A stretch of DNA of 64,000 bases from Patescibacteria group bacterium. Its GTDB lineage: Bacteria; Patescibacteriota; Microgenomatia; Curtissbacterales; GWA2-41-24. Below the pieces are notes generated by a model. That model did no database searches. It worked only from the letters and a program-made list of their open reading frames with translations, and was not told the DNA's origin. Below are positions 19,425 to 28,859 of the stretch, in pieces. The stretch's first letter is position 1. The number at the start of each line of letters is the position of its first letter. Position numbers and translations under genes: made by a program. The stretch lies in NCBI GenBank assembly GCA_038063735.1, contig JBBTUN010000005.1, positions 953-64,952 on the forward strand. Reading direction: 5' to 3'.

Positions 19425-20024
19425 TTATTTGTCCGCTGAAAGAAACTTGAGTTTTAAATATTTACCGAAATCTTGCAGTTCACCCCTATAGGCAAGTAAG
19501 TTAGTTGCCGTCAAGTTCTCGCCTGATGGATCCAATGATGTTTCCTGTATTTCCATTCTAACGGTCCCATCTCCATATGGTTTTAAAACTATTCTTTTCT
19601 CGTAGGGTGTATTTCGTCCGCTATAAAAATGGTCTAAGTGACCCATCACCTTTCTACCTTCAGCAAGATTACTTTTTCTTAACGCTTCAAGTGACTCATC
19701 AGATTGGTCTTCGTCAAAGCGTTTTGACAACGAATCAGCTTCTAGAGATTGCAGATCAATCCAAGGGGTTAAACGCTGTTTATCATCTAAATGACCCTCG
19801 CAAGAGGCGGCAGTATTAACATCCAATAAATTTAACGCTACGACAGCTTCAAATATACCTGGGTCGATGGGTTGAGATAATTTGTCAGCCACATGAGAAA
19901 ATTCTTCAACTTTAGCATCCCATTCTGCCTGTTTGGGCGAAGAGGCAGAAATTTCTACGTGATTTTCGTCCTTACCCTCACCCTGATCTGGTGTATCCAT
20001 AGATCGATTATAACAACTTAGCAA
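19425..20024 (-). CDS. hypothetical protein
   Basis: ORF only; acidic; no recognisable family. Confidence 0.4.
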   Translation of the reverse strand: MLSCYNRSMDTPDQGEGKDENHVEISASSPKQAEWDAKVEEFSHVADKLSQPIDPGIFEAVVALNLLDVNTAASCEGHLDDKQRLTPWIDLQSLEADSLSKRFDEDQSDESLEALRKSNLAEGRKVMGHLDHFYSGRNTPYEKRIVLKPYGDGTVRMEIQETSLDPSGENLTATNLLAYRGELQDFGKYLKLKFLSADK

Positions 20025-20095
20025 AAAGCCAGGCTTTTAACAAAGGTGACAGATCTCCTTAAAGCCTGGCTTTGACTTGGCGCTGACAGTGTAAA

Positions 20096-20752
20096 ATGAC
20101 CCTAATGAAACTTTTTGTCTGGGACTTTCACGGCGTTTTGGAAAAAGACAACGAGCGTTCCGTCATTGATATATCTAATCGTGTGCTCAGGAAACTTGGA
20201 TTTAGACAGCGCTTGTCCAAAAAAGACAATTTAAAGCTTTACGGCAAGAAGTGGTACGAATATTTCGAATATTTACTGCCAAACCAAACACACCAAAAGC
20301 ATTTGGAAATTCAACAGGCTTGTATCTCCTACGAAGAAGCAAACCCTAATATCGTGCGCAGTAATATTAAACCCAACAACTACGCTATAGATGTTTTAGA
20401 AAAAATCCAAAAAAGTGGTCATGACCAAATTCTTATCTCCAATATGTCAGACGTCGCGCTACTTATGTTCACAAACTCAATCGGCATTACAAAATACTTT
20501 CCCAAAAAAGCTTTTGCCTGCAACAGTCGAATCGGTAATAAAATTTACACCAAACACGAAAGATTAAAAGATTATCTTAAAGATAAAAAATTTGATGAAT
20601 TAATAATTATCGGAGATACCCCCAACGATATTAGCCTCTCAGAAGTTGCAGGCGGAACAACTTACCTCTACACCCATCCTTACCTTAAGTTTCGGGACTG
20701 CAACCCAACCTACAGAATTAACAACCTTCGCGAAGTTTTAAATGAAATCTAA
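20096..20752 (+). CDS. HAD superfamily hydrolase-like protein
   Basis: 'VWDFHGVL' resembles HAD motif I with the second Asp replaced by His. 'IIIGDTPNDI' resembles motif IV. Confidence 0.45.
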   Translation: MTLMKLFVWDFHGVLEKDNERSVIDISNRVLRKLGFRQRLSKKDNLKLYGKKWYEYFEYLLPNQTHQKHLEIQQACISYEEANPNIVRSNIKPNNYAIDVLEKIQKSGHDQILISNMSDVALLMFTNSIGITKYFPKKAFACNSRIGNKIYTKHERLKDYLKDKKFDELIIIGDTPNDISLSEVAGGTTYLYTHPYLKFRDCNPTYRINNLREVLNEI

Positions 20753-20764
20753 AATTGACTAAAG

Positions 20765-21013
20765 TCAGCCCTTAAGCGCTTCTTCAATCTTAAGCCTGTC
20801 AAAACCCAAGATGTTTACCTGGGTACCGTCATCCTTTGTTATCACGGTAAACGGAACACCCATCTGTCCGGAAATCTCAATCATTTTTTGAGCCTCCTGG
20901 GGGTTTTCATCAACAAGTATCTCACTAAACACAATGTTTTTAGAATTTAAGTAATCCTTTTCCATTTTGCAAAAAGGACAAGTTGTCGTTGTATACATGA
21001 CTACTTTTGCCAT
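20765..21013 (-). CDS. glutaredoxin-like protein (NrdH/YruB type)
   Basis: 'TCPFC' active site, 82 aa, thioredoxin-fold pattern. Confidence 0.75.
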   Translation of the reverse strand: MAKVVMYTTTTCPFCKMEKDYLNSKNIVFSEILVDENPQEAQKMIEISGQMGVPFTVITKDDGTQVNILGFDRLKIEEALKG

Positions 21014-21037
21014 GCTCTAATTATATACTATTACCTT

Positions 21038-22447
21038 TTATTTTTTTATGTATATCAACTGGTTAGAATTATACCCACTAAGTGTATAATCAGGCCTTAA
21101 AGATAGCATCGTGGCCAAAGACTTAGCGTCATCATACGTTGCTGGGAAAAAGTTATTGGCGTTTTGTCCCTGTCGTAAATCAATAGCCACAACACTTGGA
21201 TTTATTTCATCAAAACGAACTAAATCCAAAAGAACGACCTTTTTGGCACCCAAATGCGCAGCAATATTGTTTTGGGTCATAACCAAACCCCTGTCCTTTG
21301 GAATTGCTGCAAAAAAATCACCCATAAACTTGGCACGCTCTGTTTGCTGGTAAAAAACGGGATGGTGTGCCAGAAGCAGCGGTCCGTGCAAATAAAACCG
21401 ATGTAAAAAAATTACCATAAGTATTGTCGCAATTGCCCACGCCCTTGCAGCATATATATTTTTTTTAATTAAAAACAAACAAAAGGGGATTGAGCCCAAG
21501 GATAAAATTGGAGAAAGCGTGGCGTTGTAATGGAATCCTAAATCCCAGCGGGTGGCAGCCTGGCTCATAACGAAGCGCTCGGTGTAGTGTTCAACTAAAA
21601 TCGGCCAGATTGCCCATGAGAAAAAGGGGGCGAAACCGAATGTTAAAAAGCTCAAAAAAATTGTTCTGGTCTTTAAACTAATTGGAACAAAAAAGCTGGA
21701 AACGACATCTACGGGGTTGTTAGACACAAAAACCGGGTTGTAATTAAAGCTACCTCCCGAAAAGTAAGGAATAAATAAACGGGTAACAACCAAATAATAT
21801 AAAGCCGAAACAGCAATAGTTATTAAGCCAAACTTAACTTGCCTTTCTTTTTTAAGTATCAAAAATGCCCCAACACCGGCCCCCAAGCCGGCCATGTTTT
21901 CCTTAAAGCCAAGCGTGACGATAAGGAAAAGAAAATAAAGATTCCACTTTTTGTTAAAAATTGCCCAAAATGTTAAGGCGACAAATAGTGTTGCCACAGT
22001 CGTGTCGTGAAAGTCGGTGTAAAGGGCATTTTGCATACCAACAAACCCCAAGTACGAAAAAATTAAGGAAAAGACAACAATAGGTTCTTTAATCATTTTT
22101 TTACCTACAAGATGGATAACCCAGGCGCCAAGTCCAACAGCTATCGCCTGAACAATAAGAATAGCTTCGGTTTTATCTGTAAACCAGTAGACAGGGGAAA
22201 ACAAAAATAAACTGGGATTAAAGTGATCGGCAAAAATTAGATGGTTTCCAAACTGCTCAATAATAGGCGCTTGAAAGTGGGAGACTTTAAATATTGCCGT
22301 ATTGTAAAGGCCAAGCTCATACCAGAATGCATCAAACTGCCAGTACCTGTTTAAAGAAACCAAAATGGCAGCGACTACATAAACAACAATAAAAGCAATT
22401 GTTAAAATGTCCCAATAACTGGGAAAATATTTCTTAAGCTGCGTCAA
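21038..22447 (-). CDS. polytopic membrane protein (DUF2079-like, putative glycosyltransferase/arabinosyltransferase-like)
   Basis: About 12 predicted TM helices and a large hydrophobic N-terminal region. The family call is by pattern only. Confidence 0.5.
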   Translation of the reverse strand: MTQLKKYFPSYWDILTIAFIVVYVVAAILVSLNRYWQFDAFWYELGLYNTAIFKVSHFQAPIIEQFGNHLIFADHFNPSLFLFSPVYWFTDKTEAILIVQAIAVGLGAWVIHLVGKKMIKEPIVVFSLIFSYLGFVGMQNALYTDFHDTTVATLFVALTFWAIFNKKWNLYFLFLIVTLGFKENMAGLGAGVGAFLILKKERQVKFGLITIAVSALYYLVVTRLFIPYFSGGSFNYNPVFVSNNPVDVVSSFFVPISLKTRTIFLSFLTFGFAPFFSWAIWPILVEHYTERFVMSQAATRWDLGFHYNATLSPILSLGSIPFCLFLIKKNIYAARAWAIATILMVIFLHRFYLHGPLLLAHHPVFYQQTERAKFMGDFFAAIPKDRGLVMTQNNIAAHLGAKKVVLLDLVRFDEINPSVVAIDLRQGQNANNFFPATYDDAKSLATMLSLRPDYTLSGYNSNQLIYIKK

Positions 22448-22505
22448 TTTTTTAGTCCTGACCTAATTTAAAGCCATTTGCAGTTATATTGCTATAATTT
22501 ACTAA

Positions 22506-24785
22506 GTGGGTGAAGTTGAAACGGAAATTCATGCAGGTAGGCTTGACAAAATCCAAGAACAGGATTCCTCTTTGTATCCGCCTGTAAACCCACCACCCGA
22601 AATTGCTGATAAATCCCGTTTTCGCCACTTCAAATTTAGTCGTTTGAAAAAACTTATCAATCGCCGAAACGTAAAATTACTGACCATCACAGCAGCACTT
22701 GTCTTAATTATAATCCCAGTATTTACTTACATTTTCTTCGCTCGTGATTTGGCAGACAAGGCAAGTATCATGAACAGAAACAACGCTGGGGTTAAGCTTC
22801 TGGACGACAAAGGTGAGTTGTTTTTTAGTTTTTACAGCCCCAAAAATATAGACGCAATTCCGCTTTCCCAAATTCCCAAAGATCTGCAAAAAGCAGCTAT
22901 TGCCGCGGAGGATAAAGACTTCTACAAAAATCCCGGTTTTTCAATTCGAGGTATAGCCCGTGCCTTTTTCGTTAACGTAAAAAGTGCGTCCATCGATCAG
23001 GGCGGTTCTACAATTACTCAGCAGCTTGTAAAAAACGCGCTTTTGTCCTCCAGCAGAAACGTACTTAGAAAATACCAGGAAATTATATTGGCTCTGGAAA
23101 TAGAAAGAAGATACTCAAAGGAAGATATTTTAGAAATGTACCTTAACTCCGTTTACTTTGGCGATGGGGCATTTGGCATAGAAAATGCGGCACAAGTTTA
23201 TTTTGACAAAAGTGCAAAAGATTTAAATTTAGCCCAAGGCGCGCTTTTAGTTGCAATTCTTCCGGCCCCATCCGCCCTGTCCCCGGTTACCGGGGACCTG
23301 GAAGCTGCCAAAAAAAGGCAAGAAATAGTCCTTTCAAAGATGGTGGATCAAAATTTGATTACAGATGCCCAAAGAAACGCAGCTATAAAAACTCAACTTA
23401 CGTTTGCTCCACCCAAAAAAGATGACGTTAATACAATAGCTCCTCACTTTGCACTCATGGTTAAAGACTATTTGATAAACACATACGGTGAAGAAAAAAT
23501 AACCAGAAATGGGTATGTGGTTAAAACTACCTTAAACAAAAAATGGCAGGAAGCCGCGCAAAGTACTGTGCGCTCGCGTGTGGACGCCCTTGCCAAAAAC
23601 AAAGCCACGAACGGCGCAGCTGTAGCAATAGACCCTAAAACCGGAGATATAAAAATGCTTGTCGGTTCCAAGGATTGGAGCAACAAAGATTTTGGGAAAC
23701 TCAATATGGTTCTTGCCAAAAGGCAGCCCGGCTCATCTTTTAAACCTATTATTTACGAACGTGCACTGGAACAAAAATTAATAACAACTGCCTCCACAAT
23801 AGACGATGCTCAAACAAGCTTCGGCAGTTACAAACCAAAAAATTATGATGGAAAATTTAGAGGGCAGGTGACAGTAAGACGTGCGCTTGCTAACTCCCTG
23901 AATATTCCGGCAATTAAAGTTATGGAGAAAGTGGGTGTAAGAGAAGGCCTGGATAACGCAAAAAAACTGGGAATTACCTCACTGAACGACAAAACAGATT
24001 ATGGCCTGCCCCTGGTTCTTGGGGCGGGGGAGGTACCGCTACTGGAAATGACGGACGCCTACGCAACTTTCGCCAACGATGGCAAATACAATAAACCAAA
24101 TTTTATTTTAGAGATTAAGGATAAGAAGAATAAAGAAATTAAAGTGGAAAGGGAAAAAGAAAAAAGCGCAGTGGGGGAGGGACCTTCTTTCTTAATTTCA
24201 TCCATTCTCTCAGACACAAGCGCAAGAGCAGAAGTCTTTGGCGCGTCACTTAACACATCAAGAAACACAGCCGTTAAAACAGGCACCACAGAAGACTACA
24301 GGGACGCGCTTACACTGGGCTATACCCCTAGTATTGCCATCGGCGTTTGGGTTGGAAATAACGACAATAAGCCAATGGACAGGGTAGCAGGTTCTCTTGG
24401 CGCTGCGCCTATTTTCGTAACACTAATGAACACTTTTTCTGCTGATCTTCCCAAAGATGAGTTCAGAATTCCTTCATCTGTAGTCGAAAGAAAACCTTGT
24501 GAAGCTGGCCCTTCACCTACGCTCGGGGCCTCCCCTAGCCCCACGCCGGCAAGCTCACTTAGTGGTAAAGAATACTACCTTAAAGGAACAGAACCGCCGG
24601 CGTGTCCGTCACCGTCTCCAACGCCAACTCCACAGGACAGCCCGCAGCCCACACCCACAAGTCAGCCGACTCAAGAACCCAGCCCTACTCCGGTGCCCGC
24701 ATCGCCGTCACCTTCTCCAACTCCAAGCCCCTCTCCATTGTTGTCGCCACTCGTATCCCCAATACTTAGCCCCCTACCGACTTAA
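22506..24785 (+). CDS. penicillin-binding protein 1A (GT51 transglycosylase + transpeptidase) with Pro/Ser/Thr-rich C-terminal tail
   Basis: GT51 motifs 'EDKDFYKNPGF' and 'GGSTITQQL'. Transpeptidase 'GSSFKP' and 'KTGTT'. Tail 'PSPSPTPTPQDSPQPTPTSQPTQEPSPTPVPASPSPSPTPSPSP'. GTG start. Confidence 0.85.
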   Translation: MGEVETEIHAGRLDKIQEQDSSLYPPVNPPPEIADKSRFRHFKFSRLKKLINRRNVKLLTITAALVLIIIPVFTYIFFARDLADKASIMNRNNAGVKLLDDKGELFFSFYSPKNIDAIPLSQIPKDLQKAAIAAEDKDFYKNPGFSIRGIARAFFVNVKSASIDQGGSTITQQLVKNALLSSSRNVLRKYQEIILALEIERRYSKEDILEMYLNSVYFGDGAFGIENAAQVYFDKSAKDLNLAQGALLVAILPAPSALSPVTGDLEAAKKRQEIVLSKMVDQNLITDAQRNAAIKTQLTFAPPKKDDVNTIAPHFALMVKDYLINTYGEEKITRNGYVVKTTLNKKWQEAAQSTVRSRVDALAKNKATNGAAVAIDPKTGDIKMLVGSKDWSNKDFGKLNMVLAKRQPGSSFKPIIYERALEQKLITTASTIDDAQTSFGSYKPKNYDGKFRGQVTVRRALANSLNIPAIKVMEKVGVREGLDNAKKLGITSLNDKTDYGLPLVLGAGEVPLLEMTDAYATFANDGKYNKPNFILEIKDKKNKEIKVEREKEKSAVGEGPSFLISSILSDTSARAEVFGASLNTSRNTAVKTGTTEDYRDALTLGYTPSIAIGVWVGNNDNKPMDRVAGSLGAAPIFVTLMNTFSADLPKDEFRIPSSVVERKPCEAGPSPTLGASPSPTPASSLSGKEYYLKGTEPPACPSPSPTPTPQDSPQPTPTSQPTQEPSPTPVPASPSPSPTPSPSPLLSPLVSPILSPLPT

Positions 24786-24821
24786 CAAATCGCAGCACTT
24801 TAAGGTATACTGACTACTCCC

Positions 24822-26201
24822 ATGAAACACGCCCTACTCGCCCTCGTGTGCCTGTTCTTATTTACCGCCAACACTTTCGCCAGCTCCGACCCTCGGCTTT
24901 TTCCTAACAATAAATTTGGAATAAACACCTTGGCCCCGTCAGCCGAACTGGCAGAGGCTGCAAGCCTTGTTAACACAAATGGGGATTGGGGTTGGGTGGT
25001 AATCGTAATTAACAAAAACGAAAGAAATTTAGACCATTGGCAGCAGGTATTTAATCAGTTAAATGAGCATCACCTTACGCCGATAGTTCGCATAGCGACA
25101 AATGTTAACGAAAACGGGAATTGGCAAAAACCAACCGATTCGGATGCCCAAGATTGGGCACAGTTTTTAAATAGTCTTTACTGGCCGACAAAAAATCGTT
25201 ATGTACAAATTTATAACGAAGTCAACCGCGCATCCGAATGGGGAGATAATGTAGACCCAACAGATTACGCACGGGAACTGGATAAAACCATCAATAGTCT
25301 TAAAGCCGCAAGTGAAGACTTTTTTATATTAAATGCGCCACTTGATCTTGCTCTAAATACCTCCCAAAATTCCCAGGATGCGGCCGTATTTTTCCAAACT
25401 ATGGAGCAAGCCGTTCCGGGTATATTTAATAAATTAGACGGCTGGGCGTCGCACTCGTACCCTAACCCGGATTTCTCGGCGTCTCCCCTAAAATCTGGTA
25501 GGACGGGTATTGATGGATATAAGTGGGAATTACAGCAAATAAGTGCCTACACCAAAAAAGACCTTCCGATTTTTATCACCGAGACAGGCTGGAAACGCGC
25601 GCCAAACGGAGAACGTGGCCTGTCACAAGACGATATCGCAAACTTTTACAGGATTGCATTTAATAATATATGGATAGACAACAAAGTAGCAGCTGTGGCC
25701 CCGTTTCTTCTGGACTATCCGGAAAAATTGTTTCAAAGCTTTTCTTTTAAAGAAAACGGGATTTGCCTCAAATATTGTGACACCCTGCGCGATTTGCAAA
25801 AAGTGAAGGGAGCTCCTCTGAGGGAAAACAAAGCACAGTTCACAAAACTAACGCATTCTCAAATTGTCATCAGTAGAAGCCTAAATAAAGCAGAGATGGA
25901 GATTAAAAACGAAGGCAACTTTATTTGGGATACTCAAAATTTCACCATAAATATCAACTCTCCGGACATATTAGTAAGCAATGTACTGTGGAAAGACCAA
26001 AAAGTTTACCCTGGCCAAATTGCTCACGCAACACTCGAACTGCAGGTGCAAAAAGTAGAAGCCGTGTCTTTTTCAACCCAGATTAAAGAAAACGGGAACA
26101 TACTGTCTCAAAAAAATTCATCAATAGAAAGCAAAACCTACCCGGATTTTATTATTAGCAGCATAAGAACAATTGTCACAAATCTTAGCAACATGACCTG
26201 A
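24822..26201 (+). CDS. secreted glycoside hydrolase, clan GH-A (GH5-like TIM barrel)
   Basis: Signal peptide 'MKHALLALVCLFLFTANTFASS'. Acid/base-like 'IYNEVN' and nucleophile-like 'IFITETGW' motifs. Confidence 0.5.
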   Translation: MKHALLALVCLFLFTANTFASSDPRLFPNNKFGINTLAPSAELAEAASLVNTNGDWGWVVIVINKNERNLDHWQQVFNQLNEHHLTPIVRIATNVNENGNWQKPTDSDAQDWAQFLNSLYWPTKNRYVQIYNEVNRASEWGDNVDPTDYARELDKTINSLKAASEDFFILNAPLDLALNTSQNSQDAAVFFQTMEQAVPGIFNKLDGWASHSYPNPDFSASPLKSGRTGIDGYKWELQQISAYTKKDLPIFITETGWKRAPNGERGLSQDDIANFYRIAFNNIWIDNKVAAVAPFLLDYPEKLFQSFSFKENGICLKYCDTLRDLQKVKGAPLRENKAQFTKLTHSQIVISRSLNKAEMEIKNEGNFIWDTQNFTININSPDILVSNVLWKDQKVYPGQIAHATLELQVQKVEAVSFSTQIKENGNILSQKNSSIESKTYPDFIISSIRTIVTNLSNMT

Positions 26202-26234
26202 TACCCAAAGCATATTTTTCGGTAAAATCCATAC

Positions 26235-26840
26235 ATGGACCCAAGAATCCTCAGACATTTTAAAAAAGCCGACCCTATTCTTTACAAAGTAGCCATCAAT
26301 ATAAGCAAACTGGAAGATCTGCCAAATAGGCGTGGTGAAGATTACTTTATAGATCTAATCGATGCCATTGTTTCACAGCAACTATCCGGAAAAGCTGCTG
26401 CCACAATCCTTGCCCGCTTTAAGGCCTTATTTAAAAATGGACAAATTACTCCGCAGGCCCTTCTTAAATTGAGAGACGTTGATATTCGGGCGGCCGGCAT
26501 GTCCTATTCCAAAATAAAATATGTTAAAGATTTGGCCGCTAAAGTACATAAAAAAGAGATAGATCTAAAAAAACTGGATGCCTTGCCGGACGAAGAGGTA
26601 ATAGAACAACTCATAATGGTAAAGGGGATTGGCAGGTGGACGGCGGAAATGTTTTTAATTTTTACGCTCGCGCGGCCGGATGTTTTTTCTCACGGCGACC
26701 TTGGTCTGAATAACGCAATTAAAAAGATATATAAATTAAAAAATCACACAACCCGCGAAGTCGAAAAAATTGTTTCCAAGTGGTCGCCCTACAAAAGCAC
26801 AGCCTCCCGCATTCTCTGGCACAGCTTGGATAATAGATAA
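26235..26840 (+). CDS. alkA: DNA-3-methyladenine glycosylase II (HhH-GPD family)
   Basis: 'LIMVKGIGRWTAEMFLIFTL...PDVFSHGDLGL' helix-hairpin-helix GPD motif. Confidence 0.75.
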   Translation: MDPRILRHFKKADPILYKVAINISKLEDLPNRRGEDYFIDLIDAIVSQQLSGKAAATILARFKALFKNGQITPQALLKLRDVDIRAAGMSYSKIKYVKDLAAKVHKKEIDLKKLDALPDEEVIEQLIMVKGIGRWTAEMFLIFTLARPDVFSHGDLGLNNAIKKIYKLKNHTTREVEKIVSKWSPYKSTASRILWHSLDNR

Positions 26841-26843
26841 AAT

Positions 26844-27260
26844 TTATTTAAATTTTGCTTGCGCGTCCTGCATGCCCCTTTCAACGGCCTGCTCGGGTGA
26901 CGAGGCTACAGTTCTTCCAAAAATAGGGTGCTCTAAACCCTCGACAGCATCAAACCACGCTTGCTTGGTTTCCGAACCCGCATAACCTAAGATATAGCCT
27001 ATCTCTTGGCCCGCAGTTTGCATAGGATTTCTTCTTGCGCTCTCATCGTCAAAATTATCCGCAACATATTGCGCGAATTCAAACATAAATCTTCGCATTT
27101 CCCCTGGATCTTTAAGTTCTCGAATAGCAGTGAAGACGACGTGGCCTTCGGGGTTATGCGCTATTAATTGTTCGACAAGTGACTGGCCTTTAGCCTCGAT
27201 CATAAGCAAAATTTTACCATCATCATGGACAGAAATCAAACTATAGGGTGTGAACTTCAC
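26844..27260 (-). CDS. hypothetical protein
   Basis: ORF only. Confidence 0.4.
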   Translation of the reverse strand: MKFTPYSLISVHDDGKILLMIEAKGQSLVEQLIAHNPEGHVVFTAIRELKDPGEMRRFMFEFAQYVADNFDDESARRNPMQTAGQEIGYILGYAGSETKQAWFDAVEGLEHPIFGRTVASSPEQAVERGMQDAQAKFK

Positions 27261-27288
27261 AGTGCAACAAATTTGTTAAAATTAACGC

Positions 27289-28164
27289 ATGGATAATAAG
27301 CTGCAGGTTTGTAAGGAAACAAAACAAATCGCCCTGGACGCACTGGCAAATACCTTAAAAGTTATCCTTAAAAAAGACAAAATCGCTGAAAGCGAATTTC
27401 GCAACCTTTGGCTTGCCCAACTTAGGAAAAGCACTAAAATATTTCCAAACGGTTGGTACATGCCACCCCCAAACGGAATTATCGTTTTGTTTGCGACAGA
27501 CAAAGACCCAAAAAGAGTTTTATATCCCAACATGAGGCTGGAAGAAACATGGCCAAGAGACGATGTTTATTTAGATAAAACTAATGGAATCATTGCACTA
27601 TATGCATCTCCTATGGATAGGAAGACAGGCATAATAGGCGATACGGAAGTAATGATTTACCTTAGCAAGAATAAAGAAGTCATGAATACTTTTAAAACTT
27701 GCTACAGGATAAATAGAGAAATCTTTGAATTTGCGCAAGTTGGCCAACAATTTTCTCAAGTCGCTAAATTTGCAAACAAACTCATTGCCAAAAACGGCTT
27801 GACAAATAACGTAGTTAGTACAAGCGATCCTGCCAGCGTGAACCTTGGCCATACAATACCGGTATCTTATGAAGATTGGACTAGTCAGGAAAAAGCAATT
27901 TTTAAAAACGGCGAGAGTCAGTGGGAAAATGTTTGCCAAATAATTGCAAAAAAGAGAAAATTCGTAAACGAAGTAGACGATTTTCAAATAAAAGCGTCTA
28001 TGGCCTTCACTATCGAACCACGACTAAGGCCTAAGGACCGCCCGAATCTTCCAAGCACCTGGACTCATTCAATTGTTTTAATCAAAGAAGATGGTTCAAA
28101 AGAATTATTTTTTGGTTACGAGGAAATTTTCAAAATCTGCGGAATGGACTGGGCGCTAAATTAG
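27289..28164 (+). CDS. M24 (creatinase/prolidase) fold peptidase-like protein
   Basis: 'NLGHTIP' and 'AFTIEPRL' resemble M24 metal-ligand motifs. This is a weak call. Confidence 0.4.
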   Translation: MDNKLQVCKETKQIALDALANTLKVILKKDKIAESEFRNLWLAQLRKSTKIFPNGWYMPPPNGIIVLFATDKDPKRVLYPNMRLEETWPRDDVYLDKTNGIIALYASPMDRKTGIIGDTEVMIYLSKNKEVMNTFKTCYRINREIFEFAQVGQQFSQVAKFANKLIAKNGLTNNVVSTSDPASVNLGHTIPVSYEDWTSQEKAIFKNGESQWENVCQIIAKKRKFVNEVDDFQIKASMAFTIEPRLRPKDRPNLPSTWTHSIVLIKEDGSKELFFGYEEIFKICGMDWALN

Positions 28165-28602
28165 TTAGTTATTTACAGGTTTAGAAAGTTTCTTGTGCAA
28201 GAAGAGGCTGCCATTTGTTAATGTCATTAGTTGGTTTGGAAATTTTATAAGATCCAGTTCTATCCACGAGTTAAGCTTGTTGTGTTTTTTGAGGGCATTT
28301 TTCTCAGAATCAAAAAGCTCCGATTCAAGCCAAAAAAAGTCTTTACTAAAGTCTATCGCTTCCGTTTTATCCAAATTAAAAGTAGTCGGTTTAACCTTTT
28401 TCATTAAATTTATTGTGTCCTCAGTTAGAAATTGGGAAAGATAATTAACTGTTTCTTCACTATTTCCCTTGCACCTGGTGCTAAGCCACGACACGGAGAA
28501 CTTAGACAAAATGTATTTTAAAAACTCGTCTAAGTGAAGAGCAGGCACGACTCCTTTCGTTATGATTACTCCGTCAATTCCTATGTACATATTGCGCTTC
28601 AT
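28165..28602 (-). CDS. hypothetical protein
   Basis: ORF only. N-terminal 'MYIGIDGVI' is weakly HAD-like. Confidence 0.4.
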   Translation of the reverse strand: MKRNMYIGIDGVIITKGVVPALHLDEFLKYILSKFSVSWLSTRCKGNSEETVNYLSQFLTEDTINLMKKVKPTTFNLDKTEAIDFSKDFFWLESELFDSEKNALKKHNKLNSWIELDLIKFPNQLMTLTNGSLFLHKKLSKPVNN

Positions 28603-28716
28603 AAATTTTATGTGCTAACCAAAAGTCGTATCAGTGAAAAGAGATACTTTAATCTTACTTATCGGGCCATAAGTATAGCACAGCAAGCATTACAGCCAAA
28701 TTCACATTTAAATAGT

Positions 28717-28859
28717 TGTCTGCCCACGATTCTGCCCTTCAAATATCTCAGGATAAACGCTGTTTACCCTGAGCAATGGTGAGTGAAATCGAACCAGAGT
28801 CGAAGGAGAATCAAGTATTTACCTAACTCAAATCATTATACTCAGCTTTAGCTATCTCG
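28717..28859. repeat. cassette-boundary repeat X1 (long form)
   Basis: Shares 'TGTNTGCCCACGATT...GCC', '...CCTGAGCAATGGTGAGTGAAATCGAACCAGAGTCGAAGGAGAAYCAAGTATT' with X2 and the 5' and 3' blocks with X3/X4 ('CAAATCATTATACTCAGC'). Confidence 0.7.
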
